DNA of 27,922 nucleotides from a virus (Duplodnaviria > Caudoviricetes). Of the stretch, positions 1 through 8,459 are shown piece by piece. The position numbers and the translations under genes were made by a program. Below the pieces are notes generated by a model that had not been told where the DNA came from, made no database searches, and saw only the letters and a list, made by a program, of their open reading frames with translations. Where the stretch lies: positions 1 to 27,922 of IMG/VR virus record IMGVR_UViG_3300012921_000075; one strand, 5' to 3'. Within the stretch, counting starts at the first letter, position 1. Each line of letters begins with the position of its first letter.

Positions 1-513
1 TTACTCGTCTTCCTCGCTCTCGTTCGTCGAGTTCCAGTGTTCCGGACCGAACTTCGCCGCATAGATGTCGACGAGTGACCGGGGGCGAATTTCGTACGCG
101 TCGCTGCCGAAGTTCCACTCGGCCAGTGGCCGCAGCAGATCGCGGTCGATGCATCGGACGAGCTCCGCCAGCTCGAGGTGAACGGCTGATAGGGCAATGA
201 CAAACGGTATCCAGCGACCGGAGAATCCGCTGCCAGTCGATGAGGCCTGAATAATCTCGGGGGGCACTTCCAAAGCCTTCCAGATTTCCAGGTCGACATC
301 GCGCTTCCACTCGAAGATTTGCGTTGCGCCACCGGTGTCCTGCGGCGGTGTGTAGTCGACGAGGCGCCGGCCATCGCGGTCGTAGACACTCGGCAGCGTC
401 ATGGCACCGCCCGTCTGCCGCATCTCGGCCAGTTCGCGGGCGATATCTCGCCAGCTGACGTCGGTGCCGTCAGGCAGCGTGACCTTCTGATCGGGCGGAT
501 ACCAGATGATGTC
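1..513 (-). pseudogene. 3' half of interrupted DUF935/Mu gp29-like portal gene (outer cluster)
   Basis: The frame of ORF 1..423 stays open upstream to the att junction (D-I-I-W-Y-P-P-D-Q-K...E-L-A-E-M). It joins in frame with the 5' half at 24604..25242, giving KDAYVG|DIIWYPP. Confidence 0.85.
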
Positions 514-544
514 GCCAACACCTTATATTGGACCCCTGAGGGAA
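498..544. other. Left att junction: host arm, TC core at 512-513, phage arm 514-544
   Basis: Phage arm gccaacaccttatattggacccctgagggaa matches the reverse complement of 24571-24601 at 21/31 positions. It lies just upstream of the recombinase ATG at 552. Confidence 0.85.
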
Positions 545-551
545 ATCGGCC

Positions 552-2156
552 ATGACCAAACCAATCGCCTACAGCTACGTTCGTTTCTCCAGCAAAAAGC
601 AAGAACAAGGTGACTCAGTTCGTCGCCAAGTCGCCGCCACGGAAAAGTTCTGCGAACGGCACGGCCTGCAACTGGACCGAACCCTGAAGCATGACCTTGG
701 GAAGTCTGCCTACCATGCGAAGCACCTAGAGGAAGGTGGCTCTTTGGCCGTCTTCCTGTCGATGGTCGAAAGCGGACGAGTGAAGCCCGGCTCTTGGCTC
801 GTGCTGGAATCGCTGGACCGACTGTCACGTCAGAAGCCAAAGGTGGCACTGCGGCTGCTGCTGTCGATTGTGGAGCAGGGTGTCACCCTCGCCACGACTG
901 ACCCAGAACGAATCTACACGGACGAGTCCACCAATGACATTTTGCCGTTGATGGAAATTCTGATGATTGCCAGTCGGGCGAACGAGGAAAGCGAACGGAA
1001 GTCTTCACGAGTTAAAGAAGCCCGGAAGAACTCGGTGAACGTCGCCAAGGCCACTGGAAAGATCATCACGTCTCGGTGCCCGGCGTGGCTCGAAGTTGTG
1101 AATGGCAAGTTCGTCATCAACGAAGAACGGAAGACGGTCATTGAACAGATTTTCGCAATGGCCAAGACGATGGGCAGCCGGGCCATTGCCAAGGAATTGA
1201 ACCGTCAAAGGGTTCCCACTTGGGGCGGTGCTGTGGCGTGGGGCTGGGCCTACGTCCAATTGATCCTGGCAGACGGCCGGGTGTGCGGCCACCATATCTG
1301 TTCCAAGACCAAGCAAGTGCTGGTGCCCAACTACTACCCACGAATTATCTCGGACGAACTCTTTGACGAACAAAAGTGCCTGCGAAACAAACGGAAGAAG
1401 TTCTCCGGTCCAATCGGGAAGTGTGTGACCAATCTGTTCCAAGGGCTGATGTTTGACAAGGAAACCGGCTCGTCCCTCGTGACGGTTCGCAAGGCCAAGG
1501 ACAAGCCAACTCGGCTGATTCCATCGGCCTACGAAACCGGGTCCACTCCGAACGCCAAAAGCTTCCAGTATGACACCTTTGAAGAAGCATTCCTGAACTA
1601 CATCATGCGGCTGAAAGTGGCTGACATGATGCCAAACAAACAGAAGCAAGTTGACCGGCTGCCGTCACTCATTGCTGAACTTGCTGATGCTGAAGCCCAA
1701 ATTTCTGATCTCACCAAGGCACTGACCAACCGCAAGAAGCCAATGGCTGCTGTGCTGGATGCTATCGAGCAACTAGAGGCCACCAAAGCAGCACTGACGA
1801 GTGAAATAGAGGCCGAGAAGGACAAGACCAGAAGTTCGGCCGGTGACACTCTGGAGACTTGCAAGACGGTTGTGGAACTGCTGAAGACGGCCAAGGGTGA
1901 AGACCTTGTCACGGCCCGGCTGAAGATTAGGGCTGCCGTGCGAAGGTTGGTGAAGAAGATTGATTGCCAGATTGAAGCCCAAGGCTGGACCTACATCTTG
2001 GAAGCCAAAATCCACTTCCACAGTGGGGTGCTGGGTTCGCTCACAATCAAGACCGTGCGGGGCAAGCTGGAATCAGTGAAGTCAGGACTCAAGCCGGCGT
2101 TTGATCCAAGTTGGTTGTCCAAGGCTGACTATGCGAAGGCCAAGCAGCGGTCTTAG
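552..2156 (+). CDS. int: Large serine recombinase (phage integrase)
   Basis: N-terminal YSYVRFSSKKQ (catalytic Ser) and ESLDRLSR motifs, recombinase domain with YPRIISDELF, C-terminal coiled coil; 534 aa next to the att site. Confidence 0.95.
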   Translation: MTKPIAYSYVRFSSKKQEQGDSVRRQVAATEKFCERHGLQLDRTLKHDLGKSAYHAKHLEEGGSLAVFLSMVESGRVKPGSWLVLESLDRLSRQKPKVALRLLLSIVEQGVTLATTDPERIYTDESTNDILPLMEILMIASRANEESERKSSRVKEARKNSVNVAKATGKIITSRCPAWLEVVNGKFVINEERKTVIEQIFAMAKTMGSRAIAKELNRQRVPTWGGAVAWGWAYVQLILADGRVCGHHICSKTKQVLVPNYYPRIISDELFDEQKCLRNKRKKFSGPIGKCVTNLFQGLMFDKETGSSLVTVRKAKDKPTRLIPSAYETGSTPNAKSFQYDTFEEAFLNYIMRLKVADMMPNKQKQVDRLPSLIAELADAEAQISDLTKALTNRKKPMAAVLDAIEQLEATKAALTSEIEAEKDKTRSSAGDTLETCKTVVELLKTAKGEDLVTARLKIRAAVRRLVKKIDCQIEAQGWTYILEAKIHFHSGVLGSLTIKTVRGKLESVKSGLKPAFDPSWLSKADYAKAKQRS

Positions 2157-2176
2157 ATCGATCTGACAGCCACATG

Positions 2177-2207
2177 AACCCGGTCAATTGGCCGGGTTTT
2201 TTCGTTT
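2177..2207 (+). terminator. Intrinsic terminator after integrase
   Basis: Stem aacccggtc-aatt-ggccgggtt running into ttttttcgttt. Confidence 0.85.
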
Positions 2208-2213
2208 GCGGCC

Positions 2214-2242
2214 ATAGATACCTCCACACACTTATTGGAGGT
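2214..2242 (+). promoter_or_regulatory. nTAnATA promoter-like motif overlapping an SD-sequestering hairpin
   Basis: ATAGATA at 2214-2220; ACCTCCA (2220-2226) is complementary to TGGAGGT (2236-2242), the SD of ATG 2247. Confidence 0.6.
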
Positions 2243-2246
2243 TCTG

Positions 2247-2657
2247 ATGGCTCTTGTTGTTTCTAATGCTGGCGAACTGCTGCTTCTCGAATGGCTGCTT
2301 AAATCGACTAGCACCCCGGAAAATTTGACATTGAAGTTGTATTCAAACAACTACACTCCGCTTGCCACTTCTACGGCCGCTAATTTCACGGAATGTACTT
2401 TCACCGACTATGCCGCTAAGACGCTCAGCCGGGCTTCCTGGACCGCTCCAGCGACCAATGGCAGTGGCAAAGGCGAAACCACCTACGCTGAACAAGAGTG
2501 GACGGCAGGTTCATCACAGACCATCTATGGCTACTACGTGGTTGGTGCCACTAGTGGAACTTTGATCTGGGCACAACTATTCCCAACTCCACGAACTCCG
2601 GCCAGTGGTGACACGGTGGTTGTCACGCCTAAATTCACCCTGAATTCCGAGAACTAA
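2247..2657 (+). CDS. Putative virion/tail-fibre-associated protein (136 aa)
   Basis: GGAGG SD before ATG 2247. Thr/Ala/Gly-rich beta-type sequence (LKLYSNNYTP...IYGYYVV...TLIWAQ) resembling small phage tail-associated proteins. Confidence 0.6.
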   Translation: MALVVSNAGELLLLEWLLKSTSTPENLTLKLYSNNYTPLATSTAANFTECTFTDYAAKTLSRASWTAPATNGSGKGETTYAEQEWTAGSSQTIYGYYVVGATSGTLIWAQLFPTPRTPASGDTVVVTPKFTLNSEN

Positions 2658-2662
2658 GGCGG

Positions 2663-4048
2663 GTGATGTTCTTAAAAGACGTTGATGACTCGTTTGTAAA
2701 AATCAATCATGGTGCCGGTGGAATCGGTGACGCTTTGCTAGGTCTTTGCGTCACTGCTGGTCTAAAAGCGGAAGGCAAAAAAATTGCCTACGCTGTCTCG
2801 CCCTACTCGATTCCATTCATCAGGCTGTTCACCGGCTATGACGTGTTGTGTGAACACATCCACGACCGCTGTGAAGCTGGCTTCTGGCCTTCTGATGACC
2901 TTCAAATAAATGATGGCTATCACGGTGAATGCAAATCGAAGGCTGCGGTGAATTCCCGGTTTGAACGTTATGCCTACAACGTTGGTTATCGAGGGAAGCC
3001 AGTTCTGCCGAGACTTCGCAAGCCACTTCCTGCAAGTCGCTTTCCCGGCCATGTTGTTCTCTGTCCCTATTCAAGCTGGATGAATCGTCAGTGGTCCATC
3101 AACAGTTGGGTGACTCTCGAAAGACTGCTTCTGGAAGCTGGCTACAAGGTGGTGATCCTCGGAACTCAAGCCAGTGACTTGTTCAGGTCGCCACAAGTCG
3201 TGAATGAAACACCAGCGAACGTGACTGCGGTGCTGAACGAAGCAGACATGGTTATTGGCACTGACTCGGGAATGGCCCACCTTGCCGGCATCCTCGGAAG
3301 GCCCACCATCGTCCTTTGCGGCCAGACGACTGTTCCGGCTGTTTTCGGTGCCTACCCAAATGTGATTGGAATCAACGGCAAACTGGACTGTGGCGGCTGC
3401 TGGTGGCAGAAGCCCTATCACTCTGAACGGTGTGATCCTTGCTGTCCCAACTTGCAATCCATCGCACCGGCTGACGTGCTCAAAGAAGTGGACAATCAAC
3501 TGCTGGTGAAGTATTCGGACCACAAAGCCTGTATCGGGCCTGAGAAGTTGCCAGTGCTTCGTGATTGTGTAATGGAGACAAAGTCACTTCATGGTGACTT
3601 GGCGGAGTTCGGTGTCTGGAAGGGTGGCACTGCTCGGCTAATCCGCCACTTTGACAACAAGTCGCCACTCCATTTGTTCGATACTTTTGAAGGAATTCCT
3701 GAGACAGACACGTTCGAAGGTGGCCATGTGCAAGGTGACTTCGATGATACCAGCTTGGCTGAAGTTCAAGCCCTCGTGCCTGATGCTCGGTTCTATGTCG
3801 GCAAGTTTCCTCTGGAAGTGGAAGTGCCCGATGTTCAGTACAAGTTCGCCCACGTTGACTTTGACACTTATCAAAGCACTTTGGCTGCCTGTACCTATCT
3901 AAAAGACAGAATGGTCCCCGGTGGAATCATCGTCTTCGATGATTATGGGTGGGGGGCGTGCCGTGGTGTTGCGTCGGCCATCGCTGAAGTCTTTCCCGGT
4001 CGTCACCTTGACCGGCCAACCATAAATCAGGCCGTTCTTCGTACATAA
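2663..4048 (+). CDS. Fusion of GT9 (heptosyltransferase-like) glycosyltransferase and TylF/MycF/NovP-like O-methyltransferase
   Basis: GGIGDALL and DMVIGTDSGMAHLAGILGRPTIVL (GT9); GDLAEFGVWKGGT, LFDTFEG, AHVDFDTY and GGIIVFDDY (TylF family). Confidence 0.85.
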   Translation: MMFLKDVDDSFVKINHGAGGIGDALLGLCVTAGLKAEGKKIAYAVSPYSIPFIRLFTGYDVLCEHIHDRCEAGFWPSDDLQINDGYHGECKSKAAVNSRFERYAYNVGYRGKPVLPRLRKPLPASRFPGHVVLCPYSSWMNRQWSINSWVTLERLLLEAGYKVVILGTQASDLFRSPQVVNETPANVTAVLNEADMVIGTDSGMAHLAGILGRPTIVLCGQTTVPAVFGAYPNVIGINGKLDCGGCWWQKPYHSERCDPCCPNLQSIAPADVLKEVDNQLLVKYSDHKACIGPEKLPVLRDCVMETKSLHGDLAEFGVWKGGTARLIRHFDNKSPLHLFDTFEGIPETDTFEGGHVQGDFDDTSLAEVQALVPDARFYVGKFPLEVEVPDVQYKFAHVDFDTYQSTLAACTYLKDRMVPGGIIVFDDYGWGACRGVASAIAEVFPGRHLDRPTINQAVLRT

Positions 4049-4051
4049 GAC

Positions 4052-5392
4052 ATGCCTGTAATTCATGCCGGACAAGTATATGACTGGGAAGGGAATCTCC
4101 TTGGGGAACAGCCTGAGGAGCACTACGTCTCGGCTTTGTCTGGCTCCGGTGGCTCCGGCACTGGCGAACCACCCCCTACAGAGTGTGTCTTCTATTGCGA
4201 CGATTCGCCTTGCGGCTGCGGTGATGCTCCTGAATGTGATTCAGACAACGTTGCCACTCGTGAATTTGTTCAATACGAAATTACACAGAACGGTGACGAC
4301 GGCAGCTACAGTGCCTTGTTCTTCAATCAGTTCAATAATGAAGTGGCCGAATTCGGTCACTACCAAGTCTCTGAGTCCGGCACGATAGTGGACAAGGGAA
4401 GCTGGTTCACTTACCGTGGCCTTGCCCTCAATCCCACTATGCGCATTCGCAAAGCCCAGCTTCGGTTCACTGCTTGGAACGATGGTGGAACGCCAGACCT
4501 ATACCAAGAAGTGGACGATACTGAAGTCACGATCTCTGGCCACTGCTCCGCTGGTGTCGCTCGAATCCCTGAGTTTTTCGACCAGCCATCCACGACGATT
4601 GACCAAGGTGGTGGTCTCGATACTTACTGGCCACGAACGGCCACACAAATTGGATGGCACCGCCCAGCGGTTACAAGTGAAGACGAGTTCACTACGCCAA
4701 ACATTGCTTGCATTCTCCAAGAACTGATTCACCGGGCTGACTGGGAATCCGGTGATGACATCACACTGTTCATCGATGCCTGCACCGAACGGCCGAATGG
4801 ATTTGAGACCAAAGAACTTCACCAAGTCTATGACTACTTCAGTGATCCTGACAAAGCAGCCAAATTAGAAATTTGGTACACGTTCGTTTTCAGGGAAGAG
4901 ATGAGTGGCGGTGTCGTCTGCGGTGGCAGTGCTGACGTTCAACTTCGGATGGCACCACCAGTCAGTGGTGGCGTTGTCGTCAGTGGCAGCGGTGGCACTG
5001 ACTATGAAGAGGTCATGGACGGTGGCGTGGTGGTCGGTGGCAATGCCAACGTCTCTGTCACACAAACTGGCAACATGAGCGGTGGCGTGGTTGTCGGTGG
5101 CGATGCTTCAGTCATCCAAGTGACTGGACCTTTGCTTTATAGGGTCAAAGTGACAGTCCCAGCCGGCAAGGTCAGCACTCCGCTTTATCACTTCCACCTT
5201 GGCTTCCATCTCGAACTTGGCGAACACATGAATGTTCCTCACTTCCGGGTCACTGACATGGATGACGTTGAAATCTTCCCTGAGGTTCGATTCTTCGAAG
5301 CTGGTGACAGCGTGGTTCTGTTTTTTAGGGGCCATGTGCTGCCGGACCAAGACAACGAGTGGTGGGTCTACTACGGGCGGGAGGAAGTCTAA
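4052..5392 (+). CDS. Putative virion fibre/adhesin-like protein with four SGGVVxGG repeats and a DUF2341-like C-terminus
   Basis: Acidic 446-aa ORF with a Cys cluster near the N-terminus; C-terminal FRVTDMD...NEWWVYYG resembles DUF2341. Confidence 0.55.
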   Translation: MPVIHAGQVYDWEGNLLGEQPEEHYVSALSGSGGSGTGEPPPTECVFYCDDSPCGCGDAPECDSDNVATREFVQYEITQNGDDGSYSALFFNQFNNEVAEFGHYQVSESGTIVDKGSWFTYRGLALNPTMRIRKAQLRFTAWNDGGTPDLYQEVDDTEVTISGHCSAGVARIPEFFDQPSTTIDQGGGLDTYWPRTATQIGWHRPAVTSEDEFTTPNIACILQELIHRADWESGDDITLFIDACTERPNGFETKELHQVYDYFSDPDKAAKLEIWYTFVFREEMSGGVVCGGSADVQLRMAPPVSGGVVVSGSGGTDYEEVMDGGVVVGGNANVSVTQTGNMSGGVVVGGDASVIQVTGPLLYRVKVTVPAGKVSTPLYHFHLGFHLELGEHMNVPHFRVTDMDDVEIFPEVRFFEAGDSVVLFFRGHVLPDQDNEWWVYYGREEV

Positions 5393-5515
5393 TGGCCGGT
5401 TGCGGAAGTTGTAATGTAATCAGGCTGCCGGCATCCGGTGGCGTCGTCGTCGGTGGTTCGGCCACAGTCACTGACTCCATTGTCGGTGGTGGCGTCGTCT
5501 GCGGTGGCTCGGCCC
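4901..5515 (+). repeat. Six (M/S)GGVV(C/V)(G/S)G(S/N/D) peptide repeats spread over two adjacent genes
   Basis: Copies near 4901, 4962, 5015 and 5074 in the first gene, and near 5434 and 5485 in the second; DNA core gtggcg(g)t/ggtggcgt recurs. Confidence 0.85.
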
Positions 5516-6255
5516 TCGTGGAAATTCGACAAGACCCGTATGACGGCCTGGAAGCTGTTTGGCCCTTAGACGAGGTTGGCAGCGGTGTAGAGGGTGAATA
5601 CAAGGACCGTTCACGTCACCAGCTTCATGGCACTGGTGGCCTTCAAGTGCCGGAGCGAATCGAAGGTGTGTACTGCCTCGGTGCCCAGCAGTTCACGGAA
5701 GGTGAAGACGGTTCGGGAAGCTATATCACTTTGCCTGCTGATGATCTGCCAACGGACCATGAATTCTCAGTTTCGTGCTGGATTCGATGTGATCTCCAGT
5801 ATTCACCACGAACGTTCTATTCACGAGGCTTCGAAGACGAGGCTGGAAACCAGTGGCAGTTCTCACTTGGCTATGGCTGGATAAATCATGTGGTGGCAGC
5901 CATTCAAGTCATCAACAGTGACGGCGAACTGGTGACCTATGAAGCCTTCTCTAACACTACTTTGGAACTTGAACGCAACTACCACGTAGCAGCTACATGG
6001 CAGCCCGGTGTGGGCCTTCGCTGCTTCGTGAACGGTGTGGCGGGTGACCTTTATGAAGTGCCAGAAACGGCCACAGCGGAAAGCACGAACGGTGGATATT
6101 TCGGCCGGTGGAACATGGCGTCTTATCCAACTGGCATGCTTCAGGAAGTCCGGCTACACCCTTGTGTCCGCTCGGCTGATTGGCTGCTGGCCGAATATCA
6201 CAACTTCTGTGACTCCAGCTTCTATTCAGTTAGCACCGAAGAAGCAGCACCTTAA
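5392..6255 (+). CDS. LamG/concanavalin A-like domain protein, possible receptor-binding protein
   Basis: TAATG overlap start at 5392. Motifs GLEAVWPLDE, FSVSCWI, YHVAATW, CFVNG and GMLQEVRL...RSADWLLAEY. Confidence 0.8.
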   Translation: MAGCGSCNVIRLPASGGVVVGGSATVTDSIVGGGVVCGGSALVEIRQDPYDGLEAVWPLDEVGSGVEGEYKDRSRHQLHGTGGLQVPERIEGVYCLGAQQFTEGEDGSGSYITLPADDLPTDHEFSVSCWIRCDLQYSPRTFYSRGFEDEAGNQWQFSLGYGWINHVVAAIQVINSDGELVTYEAFSNTTLELERNYHVAATWQPGVGLRCFVNGVAGDLYEVPETATAESTNGGYFGRWNMASYPTGMLQEVRLHPCVRSADWLLAEYHNFCDSSFYSVSTEEAAP

Positions 6256-6422
6256 CGAGGCTTCACCCGGCGTCCACAATTGCAGCCCTTCCGCTTGGGT
6301 AGGGCCTGAACGGTGGCCGGCTGCTGCTGACACTCCCTTTGTTCAAGCTCGTCAACAGTTGGTGGTTGCTGGCACATGGCACAAAGCCATTTGCCGTCTT
6401 TTTGAACGTAGTCACAAATCAT
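6252..6422 (-). CDS. Small Cys-rich protein (56 aa), not in the ORF track
   Basis: ATGA overlap with the upstream stop; MICDYVQKDGKWLCAMC...KGCNCGRRVKPR; its stop overlaps the convergent gene's stop in TTAA (6252-6255). Confidence 0.6.
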   Translation of the reverse strand: MICDYVQKDGKWLCAMCQQPPTVDELEQRECQQQPATVQALPKRKGCNCGRRVKPR

Positions 6423-6982
6423 CCGCATGTCCTTTTTCTAGCTCCATTGAATGCGTCCAGAATGTAGCGTTCACCCGCTGAAGACACGTCATCCAGAATT
6501 TTCATTTTCGGCCACGCTGCCTTTAGCTGGGCCTTCGCTGCTGCAAGCTCGGCGGCATAACTGGACACGACGATGCTTCCCGAATTATCTAAGCAAAACA
6601 GAAGCAAGTCTGGGCCGTCATCGCCACCAAGTGCGTCTGGATTCGTTCGGATTTGCTCGAAGAAGCTGGTGATGTTCCCAGAATTGACCCTCGGTGTCTG
6701 GGCACCAAGGAACATGGTGTCAATGACTGGCCTGTCAGTGTCCAGTGGGAAGACCGATGTGGCAGGCTTCAGGGTTGCTGCTGACCCTTGCGGACCCATC
6801 AGGCCCATTCGGACTTGGCTTCGTTCGATGCCGTCAATAAACGTTTCCCACACTGTCTTGTCCGCTTCGTAGGTTGTGGGCGAAGGTGTGTAGACCGGCG
6901 ATGATTCGTCATATATGGCGATAATCATCATGGTGCGATAACAGCAGCACGGTTCACATGGGTTGTATCTCTTCCAAGGCAT
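6419..6982 (-). CDS. Cys-rich protein with a VWA/MIDAS-like motif, last large gene of the tail operon
   Basis: TAATG overlap start at 6982 (MPWKRYNPCEPCCC); LFCLDNSGSI fits DxSxS. Confidence 0.55.
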   Translation of the reverse strand: MPWKRYNPCEPCCCYRTMMIIAIYDESSPVYTPSPTTYEADKTVWETFIDGIERSQVRMGLMGPQGSAATLKPATSVFPLDTDRPVIDTMFLGAQTPRVNSGNITSFFEQIRTNPDALGGDDGPDLLLFCLDNSGSIVVSSYAAELAAAKAQLKAAWPKMKILDDVSSAGERYILDAFNGARKRTCG

Positions 6983-7626
6983 TAGGTGCCACCCGTCTCT
7001 TCTTCTTCTTCTGGGCAGTCCACAGCGGTCACCCACCAGAAGCCACCAGCACCGAAGGTAATTTGCAACCACAGCGGTTCTTCGGCGTCGTCTTCGGTCT
7101 CGATAGTTGAGAACGGGTTGTGGACCGTCAATGTCTCGCCTTCTTCGAACGTAGGTGACTCGCCAGTGACCTTCTGCAAAGTGACGGTGCCAGAACCTGG
7201 CGTTCCGCTCGTGCGGCCACTGATCGATTCGCCCACGGCCAGCGTGGCCATGTGAACTCCTGGCGAGTAGCTGAACTGGTAGAAATCTTTTTCTGGTGCC
7301 GGTTCAAGCCAAACGATTGAATCTTCCAAGACCCACTTGGACTTGAACCGGGCCTCTTGTGCATAGCCCGTTTCATCGCTGTAGGTGCCTTCGCCCCAGT
7401 CTTCATCTTCTTCCCACTCGCCATCGTCGTTCAGCTTCACTGCGGTCCAACTGTATTTGCCGTCAGTGCCGTTGTGTGTGATCTTGGCCCAGCGTCCATC
7501 CGGTGACAGTCTCGGTGGTCTCCGCTGTCGGCCTGGATGGTTCTTCGGCCGGCGTTCCTCGGCAATGGTGCTTTGAACTAGTCGCCTAGCACCTTCCTCG
7601 TTAAAGCCTACAAGTCTGTCTGCCAT
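6982..7626 (-). CDS. Putative distal tail/virion protein
   Basis: Acidic 214-aa ORF two genes downstream of the tape measure; call is by position. Confidence 0.55.
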   Translation of the reverse strand: MADRLVGFNEEGARRLVQSTIAEERRPKNHPGRQRRPPRLSPDGRWAKITHNGTDGKYSWTAVKLNDDGEWEEDEDWGEGTYSDETGYAQEARFKSKWVLEDSIVWLEPAPEKDFYQFSYSPGVHMATLAVGESISGRTSGTPGSGTVTLQKVTGESPTFEEGETLTVHNPFSTIETEDDAEEPLWLQITFGAGGFWWVTAVDCPEEEEETGGT

Positions 7627-7637
7627 CGGCCCCCTAA

Positions 7638-8444
7638 TTAGAAGTTAAAGATGCCGAACGGAAGTTTCGGGTACACATGCCAGTCCTTGAACTTCGGCTG
7701 ACCACCTTCTGGTAGCTGCTTTCCAGTGCCGTCCAGCAAAGCTGCTTCAGTAATCTTTTGGCCCTGAACTAAGATGTGTTTCAGTTTGCCTTCCACCTTC
7801 TCCCTGAAACCGTGGTCCAAAAGCTTCTTCTGGAAGCCACGAGAATTGAAGTGGAAGGTGTATGTCGTCTTGCTGTAAACGCCACCAGCCACGTTCTTGT
7901 GTTCTTCTTCGGTGCTGGCAATGTTGGCCACTTTCACCTTGCCCGCTGGTGCTCCCTTGAACGTGGTTGCACTGACAGCGTCCGCATAAGCCAAGGCCAA
8001 GGCCGGATTGAAGCTGGCCTCGTTGCGAGTGATCGTCAGCACTAGTCGTGACTGATCGATCTGAACCGGTTCTGAATAGGGTTCACCGGCACTGTTCAGA
8101 ATGGGTTTGCCGTTGATGTCATATTCAACGTTCTCCTGAAACTGGGCCAAACTCCAAGACACCTTTGGCCGTTCGTTCAGGGGATTCTCTTCTTCCTCCG
8201 GCGTGCCATAGTTCGCTGTGACGATCCAGTCCAGACCGTCTTCACTGGAGGATTCAGCCGAGTAGTTCAGGAGTACCATGTCCCCGATGAATTCGGGCAT
8301 ATCGTCGCCAACATCGTCAATGGCGGCTTGGCCGAACTCTTCAGGGTCATCTAGGGTGACTCGCCAAACGACTGTCTGGCTCTCTTTTTCGTCGGCCACC
8401 ACGAATGAATAGTTGCGGCCTCCAGCAAGTAGTTTATGGCTCAT
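7638..8444 (-). CDS. Putative tail tip/hub protein (268 aa)
   Basis: Directly follows the tape measure gene; preceded by CTAGATA-GGGC-ATG; call is by position. Confidence 0.6.
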   Translation of the reverse strand: MSHKLLAGGRNYSFVVADEKESQTVVWRVTLDDPEEFGQAAIDDVGDDMPEFIGDMVLLNYSAESSSEDGLDWIVTANYGTPEEEENPLNERPKVSWSLAQFQENVEYDINGKPILNSAGEPYSEPVQIDQSRLVLTITRNEASFNPALALAYADAVSATTFKGAPAGKVKVANIASTEEEHKNVAGGVYSKTTYTFHFNSRGFQKKLLDHGFREKVEGKLKHILVQGQKITEAALLDGTGKQLPEGGQPKFKDWHVYPKLPFGIFNF

Positions 8445-8459
8445 GCCCTATCTAGTGCT

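Noticed and set aside
515-516. Alternative crossover at the shared GG (minus strand) instead of GA
   Set aside because: It also restores V-G-D, but the attP inverted repeat is centred on GA/TC; not formally excluded.
4901-5515. Repeats as a CRISPR array or DGR template/variable pair
   Set aside because: They are degenerate in-frame coding repeats with irregular spacing; no cas or reverse transcriptase gene is present.
2247-6255. Opposite-strand cassette as an invertible host-range segment
   Set aside because: No flanking inverted repeats or invertase seen. Its last stop codon interlocks with the convergent gene (TTAA), which suggests a fixed arrangement.
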